From positions 1-64,000 of the forward strand of contig MU006021.1 in assembly GCA_010093745.1 (NCBI GenBank): a stretch of DNA of 64,000 nt. Reading direction: 5' to 3'. This DNA comes from Piedraia hortae CBS 480.64 (taxonomy: Eukaryota). Below, in pieces: positions 49,317 through 59,097 of this stretch. The position numbers and the translations under genes were made by a program. Within the stretch, counting starts at the first letter, position 1; every line of letters starts with the position of its first letter. The notes below the pieces were generated by a model that was not told the origin of the DNA, made no database searches, and saw only the letters and a list, made by a program, of their open reading frames with translations.

Positions 49317-52300
49317 ATGCCGGATTGGGCTAGACGCTTGAAAGCGAAGGGAAAGTCGCATATATCACGTCAACAAGCTTCCACTATACAGCCTCTCCAG
49401 CCCGTGCAGCAGCACAATTTGCACGTCCCGACTTCAGCTCCAGTGCTAGCAACGCGAAACCCATTCGAAGACAAGGGCAAGTTACTACGCGATGCCATTG
49501 ATAAGCTTCCCGCCGAAGATCGTCAGTTCATTCAAGATCAACTGGGGTCCAACAGTAATCTCGAGAGGGACGCGGCCAGGGTCGAGACCTCAAGAGACCA
49601 AAACCAAACTAAAAGGTCCAATCAATGGACTATGAGCATGAGGAAGATCGCTTGTCAGATTAAGCAATTTGCGCCGGTATTTGATGTGGCGACAAATGCC
49701 CAAGCGGAAGTGCTAAGCATGCCATGGGCCGGCATTCGCTCTCTCTTGATGGTAAGCAGCAATGCTGTGCAACTGCGAATCCTGAATAACAATATTTCTT
49801 TAGGTGGCCCAGAAGACTCACGAGCAAAGTGAATCAATCCTGAAAGGAATCGAAACGGTGCTCGACACAGGCCACCTGTTGAACGTGTATTTTGACATAT
49901 ACGGCCAGCTTAATGCGGCGTCCGCAATTGGCCATTTGTATGACAACATCGTCAAGCTCTACGGCCTCAATTTGACTTTCGTGGCGCACGCACAGCACAC
50001 ATGTGACATGGAAGAGTTTAAACGTATGATACACTCTCTGACCGGTCAAGTCATACCAAAGTTCAACACTGAACACGACAGGATGCTGAGCACGGTTGAA
50101 TACCATGCAAGAGCTGTCGATCGCGAGGTCTCAGAGGAGCAACGGGCATGGGTCAAACAAAAGCTGAACAAGCTGGAGAAGGCCCAGCAAGAGGTCAATC
50201 AAGGAATTCAAGGCGTTCAACAAGCGCTGGATCTTAGTGCTCTACAGGCAGCTGCTGGGGCAGCTTACGACTCGATAAACTATAGTAATTCCGACGATAT
50301 TGGCGAGTTGCAGCTTTGTCTGGATGGTACCAGGGTGCAGATTAGACAGAAAATTCTGGACTGGGCCACCACTGCCAATGATCAGAGGGTGTTCTGGCTG
50401 TCTGGAAAGGCCGGAACGGGCAAGTCCACAATTGCTCGAACCGTTGCCGATGAACTGGCGAGACAAGGATATTTAGTGGGAAGCTTCTTCTTCAAGCGCG
50501 GCCAGGGTGAATTGGGTCGCGCGCGAAATCTGTTTCCCACCATTGCTCGTCGAATGGCAGACTCAATACCCAGCATCGGCAAGGATATTGCTGCCGCCTC
50601 GCACGGTCTACCTCCTGTCGATGAAAGACCATTGACGAATCAGTTTGATAAGCTTATTAAGGAGCCGCTCTTAGGGTATTACCCTGGTGGCGCTCCGGAT
50701 GTCAGGGTAATTGTCATTGATGCACTGGATGAGTGTGAGGACTGGGGAGCGATAGGCCATGCCATGACGTTTTGGTCGAAACTTGGTGCCCACACTTCCA
50801 TCAACTTGAGGGTGTTTGTGACAAGCCGACCAGATAACAAAGTCGGCAACGAACTAAAAAAATTGGAAGGCAAGGACCTGCAGCATGAGAGACTTGAGGA
50901 CTTGCAAATTGGTACCATCGAACAAGACTTGGCATCGTTTTGTAATGACGAACTCAGACAGCTGCGCGAGAAGAGCAGCTACAATTCAAGCCATGATGCA
51001 CTAGAGGCTGACTGGCCGGGAGAGGTCGTTGTTAACAAACTCGTTGACATATGCCAGCCACTGTTCATTGCGGCATCCCCAATTTTTAGGGATGTGGCCA
51101 GCAATCCACGACAACGGCTTCAAAGATGGGTGGACCGGCTCAACTTTACTGGCGCGGATGCACTGACCGTGATTTACATGGACATCCTGGAACATGCCGC
51201 TGACCTCGATAAAGAGTGGCTGAGATGGTTCAACAAGGTTGTGAAACCGATCATTCTTCTACTTTCTCCACTCACTATCACTGCACCGACAGACCTACTG
51301 GGACAAGGAGACAACATGATAGTTCCTAATACTCTCAAACCCGTAAGTTCAGTAATTGATTTCCCAAGTGGCAAAGAGACGAAAGCAGGTTCACGGGCTG
51401 CCGTACAAGTTTATCACGACTCGTTCCGAGACTTTCTGCTGGATCCCAGCCTCAAGGGGAAATATATCTTTTGGACTGATAGAGTAAAAACACATGGTGT
51501 TCTTCTGAGTAGATGTCTCGATTTGCTGATGACAAAGCTAAGCCAAGACGTATGCAAGCAGAAAAATCCTGGAACGGGACGCAAAGACGTATCTGCCGAG
51601 GATGTCGAGAAGCACATCCCAGAGTCCGTACAGTATGCCTGCCGCTACTGGACCAGCCATGCAGTCAAAAGCAACAAGGCACTTGAAGATGGCGGGCAAG
51701 TCGACTGTTTCTTGCGCGCAAGTTTCCTTTATTGGACGGAGGCACTGGCCTGGCTGGACAAGCTTGGGGAAATGATAATATGCCTAAATCAGCTGCAAAA
51801 GGCCATTAACGTATGCATTGCCTCTGTTTCAGTCTGCCGAAAGCATGCCTAACCCTGCGCAGTCGAAATCTTCGCCCAGACTACACTCCTTTGTCGCCGA
51901 TGCGCTAAGATGGGTATCAGCAAGTCGAGATACGATCAGCGATGCACCGCTTCAAACATATCTCTCAGCACTGACTTTGGCGCCAAGCAGCAGTATCGTA
52001 CGAAACACCTTCTGGCACGAGGTGGAAGATTTGTTGCAAGTTTGGCCGCCAGTCGCGACTGTTTGGGGCTTTGAGCTGCAGATCCTGAGGGGGCATACTG
52101 ATGATATACGGTCGATAGCACCTTCGATCGATGGGAGGCGGCTTGTCACTGTTGGCAGGGACAACACAGTGCGATTATGGGATGTTGAAAGCGGCACAGA
52201 AGAAAAACGTACGGAAATTGACATAAGAAACGTCAAAACGTCGTCAGGATATTATCTTCGCGCCGCCTCAGCGTTCCCTGAAGAAGACATTGTGGTCATT

Positions 52301-53992
52301 GCCAAGTTGTCCGGAGGTTATTGGAGGTGGAACTTGGAAGACGACGCCAGGCCAATTGATATCAAACTGCCGAGCGTTGAAGAAAGCGATGAAGAAAGCG
52401 ATGAAGAAAGGGATAAAGAAAGCGTTGCAAAAAGCGCTGCACGAAGCGTTTCCGTCTCTCCAAATGGCCGATATGCCGCTTGGGGCTTGTGCAACGGCGA
52501 GATTTACATCTGGGACGCCGAAAACGACGCCGGACAGGTGGTCGAGGGTCACAGCTCTTGGGTGTGGTGCATGGCGTTCTCGTCAGATAATTAGACACTG
52601 GCGTCGGCATCCACAGACATCTGGAAATGGAGCCCACAAGCTGGGCATGAGAGGATATGCCAAGTTGGTACTGATATCAAGTGCATCGCCATCTCGCCAA
52701 ACGGCAAGTTCGTTGTCTTTGGGTCTGTGTCTGACACGATATCGGTGTTTCACTGCACCACCCACAAAGTTGAGCAGATCATGCAAAGGTAACTTTTTTA
52801 CGGCAGTTTTCTCATGGTTACGCCAGATAGCCAAAAAGTTCTTTTTGGTAACTGGTCTGATGTTTATCTCTACGACTTTCAAACGCAACAAGAGTCGATG
52901 GAACTGCCATTGAGAGCCGGCATCACAGCCATGACACCATTGCCCGACGGGAAGACAATCTGGGCGGGGGATTCTTTTGAACGAATTATACAGTTGGACT
53001 TGGATCTAGTCTTGAAGAGCCCGCAGCATCGGTCTGGTGACAATGAAATCGCACTGTCAGCGGATGGACGATCACTCGCCTTATGGAGTCAGGGAAACCA
53101 GCTCAGCGTTTGGAACATTGAAACGCGAATTTGCGAACAGCGGTTAACAGATCACAGGCTGTCGAGAAGCTCTCGCCGCTGGATCCTGATCTCATCGGAC
53201 AGTCGTTTTGTGGTTGTTGCGTGTACAGACGATTCCCCGGAAAATGTGGTGCTGATTTGGGATCTGGAAGCAAATGCTTTGAGAGAGCCAAAAGACAGAT
53301 CGGGCAAAGTTACCGCTCTTGCGTTATCCCCGGACAACAAAACACTCCTTTGCGGTTTGGACGACGGTCAGGTATGGGCTATTGATCTGGAACGTGGAGT
53401 TCTGCGAGAAAAATTCACGGGTCATACGAAAGAAATCTACAACATAGCGATTTCTCCAGATGAGCAGAGCTTTGTATCGGCATCATACGATTACACAATA
53501 AGGATCTGGGGACCGAAGTCACAAACCCCGCTGGTACTGAGCCTCAAAGACCGAATGGAGGAGGCACGTTTCTTAGCAGACGGTCGGATGCTTTACACTT
53601 ATGACAAGGATAACATATGTGAATGGGACATCGAAAAGGCGTGCATTGTGCGCACACTCGCTGGGGGCCTCTATAGTGGTTCGATACTTATCGATGGTCG
53701 CTTTGTGCCGTCAGAACTCTTGCCTGTCAAGGACAGGTTAGCAGTCAATGAAGCCGATCAGCCGCAAAGGCAGGATGACTCTTCCGCCGCGACAAAGTCA
53801 ACTTCGATGTTCCAAAGCCCACAAATCTGGGGCTTGGATTATGAATGGATCACTGTCGATGGCCGGAAAATTCTCAAACACTTTGATCTGCTGAGTCCAT
53901 GGGATTGGTTCTCGTGCGAGCGAACAATGGTTTTTCGCAATGGAGAGACTGGTTTTACTGTCCTGTATCTCACGGGCAATGTTTCCTTCTGA
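49317..53992 (+). pseudogene. NACHT-WD40 NLR (HET-E/NWD-like) with two in-frame stops
   Basis: Exons 49317-49751, 49804-51810, 51863-53992; CLDGTR, GKAGTGKST, VIVIDALDEC, HDSFRDFL, QYACRYW, WD repeats; TAG at 52592-52594 and TAA at 52790-52792. Confidence 0.88.
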
Positions 53993-54189
53993 ATTAAATC
54001 GGATTTGTTCAAATATTCAAGGGTCTCAATTCCTTTTACTGCGCGATACAGTCGGTTCGTGTCACTAAATTCGTAGCTTTTTCTTGAACCTGCAGTGAGT
54101 GTTTCCACAGGGAGAACCAATGCAATGCACGAAATGGTCATCGCTGCGAGACCGTATGGGGAAGGGCCTTGTTGAATTGCTTTAGACGC

Positions 54190-54495
54190 TGTCGGAGGGG
54201 TGAACCTCCGAGGACTAGAGCGGAGTGGATGTCAACGACAAAAGTTTTCACTCAACTTTTACTGGAAAAATATGTAATGTAGATGTCTATCTCTATGAGG
54301 TGAGGTTCGAAACCTCCCCCACACTACCTCAGTCTGACCGCATTTGCCAGGACAACGTCAGCGAACCATGCCCTTAAGCATGAACGAGACAATGACCCGT
54401 CTCAGGGAAAACTTCCTCTATAGAGGTAAAAACCCTGAGAAGTTTCGACTTCTATCTATGGTTCTGGTCATGGTGGGGGCCACGTCCTTTTGACA
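54190..54495 (-). mobile_element. Solo LTR, family D (306 bp), 5-bp TSD GACGC
   Basis: Close reverse-complement match to 44231-44536; GACGC at 54185-54189 and 54496-54500. Confidence 0.92.
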
Positions 54496-54631
54496 GACGC
54501 AGATGCCAATCCTCAGCCTCGTCGTGCTGTGGATGTCTTCACGCTGTGTGGTGGCGTTGGGTGCGCCGGGATTCCATGTGCATTTCCCATGATCGGCATC
54601 TGCGCAAGAGCTTGGAGAGATTTATGATGAT

Positions 54632-54776
54632 TGTTGTGTGCAGGTCGCCGCGGAACGATCCGCAGGTGATGACCCACATCCCTGACCAGGGTTCGGGCAC
54701 TTGAGAATTTTCTTGTGTGGCTCTAGACACGCGTATATACGGACACACCTGCGAGGTGCCGCTGCTTATTGGAACA
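54632..54776 (-). mobile_element. LTR family A copy
   Basis: Reverse-complement match to 1202-1344; flanks ATGAT/ATGCA match 3/5. Confidence 0.8.
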
Positions 54777-55317
54777 ATGCATACATATCGGTCGCCTTCT
54801 CCCGTGTAGATGGGATGATATGATCGAGAACGAGACTGAGAATGAACACAGTCTCTTTTCCCGCGAGTGCCCATGAAAGGGAACAGACAAGCACATCACC
54901 GTCAATCCAATGGTGGTATGGGCCGGAGGATCAGGCATCGCCAGTCCTCTATCGTTTTGGGTGCAATTAAGAGTCTCGGAGTGTAGGGGTACCAAGTTTG
55001 CAGCGAGTGGAATGCGAGGCTCCCAGCTTGGGCGAAAGGCTCCAAGGCCAGTGGTTGATGTTGTGTAGGTCTTTTGTGTTGTTTGTCCAAGTTCTGAGCA
55101 AGCTTCGAGCACGCAAAGGGCAAAAGAGCCAGTTGAGCGTAGGGAAAAGTGATGGCGCGTCTTTCCACTCAGCTTTCCAGCATCGTGCGGTATGGAATGA
55201 AATGCCCATGAAGATGCCATACGCTTACAATAGGTAGTCTACATGTCCCATGCCATCATCATCTCATGCCGTCGTGACCCCATACCCACGCTGAGCATTC
55301 CTACCTTACGTTCCTGA

Positions 55318-56562
55318 TCACCACCGTGAAAGCCGCATCTGAATCGCGCCGCCGTCGAAATCCCCATTGTTCCAGCGATGCACGTCGTGCCCGCACTTTT
55401 CCCATAACGTACGATTCATCTTCACTGCTTCAGTCTCCTCTCGGTCCCTTTCGACCTGACGAGTCACCTTTTTGGGGAATAGCAGGCCCTTCATGGGCGA
55501 CGGCGAGGCATCCCGCTCCTTTAACCCCGTCGATCGAGGAGCGGTGAAAGGGGATGCAAAGGCCAGAGGATTGGGGTAGTTTCCCGGGGGCGTAATGTCC
55601 ATTGCCGCGGCTTTGTGGTTCCGACGCACGCCGTCGCGCAGAGCGACGACACGCTTGCGGGGGGATGGCGATTTTGTTGGCGAAGGGGGGTATTCCATAC
55701 CGTCATCGTCGTCGGTGTCATGGTCGTCACCGTCGACGCGACTGCTGTCGGACTCTTCCTCGTCGGACGAGAAGGGTGCGGGTTCGATGACCAGCTCGCC
55801 CAGCGGAACGGGAGCACCATTTGGTCGGCGAATGGTCGGCAACCGGCCCGGGAGGGAGCGAGGCTTGGGAGAGGAAAGGCTCTCGTCGTTCTCGTCGGCA
55901 CGAGGGACACGAGGAAGTGGTGCGTCAAAGACGTCGTCTGCACTTTGCGGAACGACGAACTGTCTCGTGGGGACGGATGGGGACTGGTCCCCGGCATGTC
56001 TGCTGGAAGCGGCGGTCCCGCGCTGGCGTGCGGTTCGGTTCCTTGGCGGTGCCGGTCGCTCCTGGCCGCGATTTTGGGCTTCGATGACTGCGTCCTTGAT
56101 CGCATCCGGGACTCTGGCTTGGAAGGACGTCATCATCTTCGCACGGCGAGCAAACGAGTCGTAGCTGTCCCGAATAAGCGCGCCAGCCTCGGCGTTGAGT
56201 GCGCTGTCGGGATTTGGCTGGATGAGGAGGCAAGATATGACAACGAGGATGTCGCGAAGGGTGAGGCTGGCGTCCCAGTCGCGTTTGAGCGTCTCGACAC
56301 ACACGGCACCGTTCCGAGGGTCGACATTGGGATGGAAGATTGGCGTGCGAAAGTAGGCCTCGGGCGGTTGTTGGGGGTACGAAGAAGGGATGGAGAGGTG
56401 CAGGTTCCAAACCCCCGCAGCAAACGGCGTGTGACTCGGCCCCGCCAGGAGGATGTCGAGCTGCGCGAGGTCGTCGTTGTCTTCGCTGTCCGGCGCAAAG
56501 AGGTAGTACGGCGGCAGTTCTTTGCTGCGCAGCGCCGCTTGATCGCCCGCCAGGCGGCGCAT
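55318..56562 (-). CDS. Ubiquitin-conjugating enzyme E2 (UBE2S-like) with long disordered C-terminus
   Basis: GPSHTPF, YPQQPP, IFHPNVD..GAVCVETLKRDW, PNPDSALNAEAG; start may extend to the ATG at 56625 through an intron. Confidence 0.92.
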   Translation of the reverse strand: MRRLAGDQAALRSKELPPYYLFAPDSEDNDDLAQLDILLAGPSHTPFAAGVWNLHLSIPSSYPQQPPEAYFRTPIFHPNVDPRNGAVCVETLKRDWDASLTLRDILVVISCLLIQPNPDSALNAEAGALIRDSYDSFARRAKMMTSFQARVPDAIKDAVIEAQNRGQERPAPPRNRTARQRGTAASSRHAGDQSPSVPTRQFVVPQSADDVFDAPLPRVPRADENDESLSSPKPRSLPGRLPTIRRPNGAPVPLGELVIEPAPFSSDEEESDSSRVDGDDHDTDDDDGMEYPPSPTKSPSPRKRVVALRDGVRRNHKAAAMDITPPGNYPNPLAFASPFTAPRSTGLKERDASPSPMKGLLFPKKVTRQVERDREETEAVKMNRTLWEKCGHDVHRWNNGDFDGGAIQMRLSRW

Positions 56563-56735
56563 TGCGCGGGCGTTCTGCTTACGGTCAGCGGCGATGCTAG
56601 CACGTTAAAAAGCGGTGCATGCCATAATTTCTAGAGTCGATGCTTGGAATCGATGTTGCTAGAGGAAATCGGTCAATCGGCGCACAAAGGTGGGAGAGAG
56701 CGTATCAGGATTCCGGCGCGATGCGACGCAGCTCT

Positions 56736-56789
56736 ACGCGATGTGACGCGACGTGACGCGACGTGACGCGACGTGACGCGACGTGACGC
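56736..56789. repeat. 10-bp tandem repeat (ACGCGACGTG) x about 5, upstream of the E2 gene
   Basis: acgcgatgtg followed by acgcgacgtg x4 and acgc. Confidence 0.9.
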
Positions 56790-57046
56790 AGCCCTGCGAA
56801 CTCGGCAAACACACCACGCCAAGCGCACGCGCTAGCTACTTCTGAAAGTAACTGGACGAGTGGCATCAGACACTGCCCAGAAGTTTTTTCTACATAACTG
56901 CACCGTAACCTCATTACAGCATATCATCATTCATGCCCATTCCCGCCCCCTTTCGGAGCGCGTAACACGCGAAATCGGAACGAAACGCTTTTACACAAGG
57001 TCCTCCAAAGCCTCCGAAAACTTGCTCAAGAATACGCCGGCCCAGC

Positions 57047-57820
57047 CTATGGCGCTTGAGAGTTTTGTCCTGGTAATGTAGACGTTGTGAAATTGTTGCT
57101 GTGCGGTTCCGCGGCCACCGGCTTCATGTTCTCCTTCCGCAGCTGGCTCTCCAGCGTGGGCGTGATATCCCGCGTCGGGATGGTCTTGAGTTCCGCTCCT
57201 TGTCCGCTTTGTCCTCTTCGTCGGCCTGGAAGGTGCCAGGGGCTACGGTTCTCGGTGCGCTCGCCAGACTCGGCGATTCGTCCAAACAAGCCCTTTTTCT
57301 TGGGCTGCGCCGCTGGCTTTTCGCCAATGTCAACCTCTTCGAACGCGTCTACGCTTTCCTCGGTTGTCCGCGTAGGAACCGTGCTCGAACTGGTGGATCC
57401 GTTGCCGTTGCGCGAGGGTGGCAGCATCGAGGGCCGGCTGTCCAACGAGATGCGAGGCTTCGCCTCGGCCGAATGGATGACGGGGCTGCGGGCCGAAATG
57501 TCAAAGGACCGCCGGTAGGAGTCAAACGACTCGCGTGAGATGCTGAACTGTTCCTTGTCGTCCAATTGGGTGCGCCGGGTGCTGTTGGGCTTCGTGCTGC
57601 GCACCGAAGAGGGCCAGAACGACTTGCGCTCTGGCGGTGATGGCGGCAAGTAGACTCCGCTGTCGTTGATCTCTACGTCGAGGTCAGCAAGCGCTCTAGT
57701 CGGCAGCAAACCAAACGTACCGCTTAGCTTGTACTCGGTCGTATCCTTGACGGTGATCTGGATCGGCCGAGTTCCACCCGAGCGAACATCGTCTTCGGGT
57801 TTCCGGAACGGGTTTCGCAT
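57047..57820 (-). CDS. Conserved-looking fungal hypothetical protein
   Basis: Start MRNPFRK; probable 48-nt intron 57673-57720 giving EYKLSEINDSGVYLPPSP; FSISRESFDSYRRSFDISARSP; GQSGQGAEL. Confidence 0.8.
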   Translation of the reverse strand: MRNPFRKPEDDVRSGGTRPIQITVKDTTEYKLSGTFGLLPTRALADLDVEINDSGVYLPPSPPERKSFWPSSVRSTKPNSTRRTQLDDKEQFSISRESFDSYRRSFDISARSPVIHSAEAKPRISLDSRPSMLPPSRNGNGSTSSSTVPTRTTEESVDAFEEVDIGEKPAAQPKKKGLFGRIAESGERTENRSPWHLPGRRRGQSGQGAELKTIPTRDITPTLESQLRKENMKPVAAEPHSNNFTTSTLPGQNSQAP

Positions 57821-58103
57821 TTTGGGGATTATAATTGGACGATGTTGAACAAAACCTCTGCTATGTTGGGGCTGTTGCTGGACTATGGCTGCTAAGCTGC
57901 GGCGGACGATGCTAAAGAAGAAGTCGTTGTTGCCACCAGCGTTGGACGGGCGACCAACCGGAGCCGAAGCGGGGTCTCCGAGACGGACCGTTCCGCCTAG
58001 CTCCAACCTTGTTTCGACCGCACCTGTCAAAATTCGTTTCAAATTAACCCTGTGGGAAACGGACCGTTGGCCGAACCCGGTGTTGAATTCGAAGTTGCAG
58101 AGC

Positions 58104-59096
58104 ATGGTCGCGCACGCCGCAGTGACCTTGTCGCCTGCCGAGCTCGCTTATATCCACGACTCGCTTGCCCAACAGCCGCCAATCCGCCCGGATGGGCGCT
58201 CTCCGACCCAATTCCGACCGTTGGTGGCCGAAACCGACATATTGCCTTCGGCGAACGGCAGCGCCCGTGTATGCTTCGGCGACGGCACGGAGGCCGTAGT
58301 CGGGGTCAAGGCAGAGGTCGAAAGGGAGGCTGAATTCCCGTTCGCGGGTCCGCAACCGGTAGGCGAAGACGAATGGCTCGAAGTGGCCGTGAACATGCCC
58401 GGCCAACGCGACAACGACGCGCTCTCCGTGTTCTTGGGGTCCATGTTGACCGAGGCACTGCGTGCAGACGGTAAGCTGGTGGAACGGCTCCGGATCAATG
58501 CCCGCTTTCATTGGAGGCTCTATGTCGACATCTTGCTGTTGTCCGCGCCGTCGTCTTATCCGTTGCCTCTGCTCTCGCTAACGACCCATCTCGCCTTGAT
58601 GGCGACCCGGATACCGGCGTTGGTCTCTGAAGGCGAGGAAGATGCGCTCTTTAACGACGACTGGGAGGCGGCGACGCCGCTCTATCCACGTCCTCCCAAG
58701 CGTCATTCCAAACACGCGTCCTACCGTAGGCCGCCCGTCACCCTCTTGGTGATGAGCGTGGGCGACAACCTGTTTTTCGACCCCAGCCAAGAGGAGCTGG
58801 CCGTAGCGGATGCGGTGTTTGCCGTGTCGGTCATGCGAGAGTCGAACAACGACAAGCTGCGCGTGGTCGCCCTGCGCAGCGTCGACCCGCCTTCGCGGTC
58901 AACGACGGCCGGCGTGTCCTTGGCGACCGGCCAGGCGGCCGAAGCGAAGCAGGCGGGGGACGGAGCCTCGTGGCGGCCGCCGCCGCGAGGAGGCATTGGT
59001 AGGAATCTGATGCTAAGCCTGATCGAGGCGGTGACGGAAGCTAACGGGGTTGGCGAGGAAGTGCTTCAAGGCCTCGCCGACGCCCGCGGTGTATAG
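58104..59096 (+). CDS. RRP42: Exosome RNase PH-like subunit Rrp42
   Basis: LSPAELAYI, IRPDGRSPTQFRP, ANGSARV, WRLYVDILLL; likely start MVAHAA at 58104. Confidence 0.9.
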   Translation: MVAHAAVTLSPAELAYIHDSLAQQPPIRPDGRSPTQFRPLVAETDILPSANGSARVCFGDGTEAVVGVKAEVEREAEFPFAGPQPVGEDEWLEVAVNMPGQRDNDALSVFLGSMLTEALRADGKLVERLRINARFHWRLYVDILLLSAPSSYPLPLLSLTTHLALMATRIPALVSEGEEDALFNDDWEAATPLYPRPPKRHSKHASYRRPPVTLLVMSVGDNLFFDPSQEELAVADAVFAVSVMRESNNDKLRVVALRSVDPPSRSTTAGVSLATGQAAEAKQAGDGASWRPPPRGGIGRNLMLSLIEAVTEANGVGEEVLQGLADARGV

Positions 59097-59097
59097 A

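Noticed and set aside
52592..52594. A-to-I editing or readthrough rescuing the NLR TAG
   Set aside because: The WD context expects Gln rather than Trp here, and a second stop (TAA) follows; C-to-T mutation is simpler.
52789..52806. 18-nt GT..AG segment that would remove the TAA
   Set aside because: Far shorter than the other introns in the window (about 41 nt or more), with no room for a branch point.
44231..54495. Family D copies as 306-bp TIRs of a 10-kb element carrying the NLR
   Set aside because: Each copy has its own distinct TSD (AAGAT versus GACGC), so they are independent insertions.
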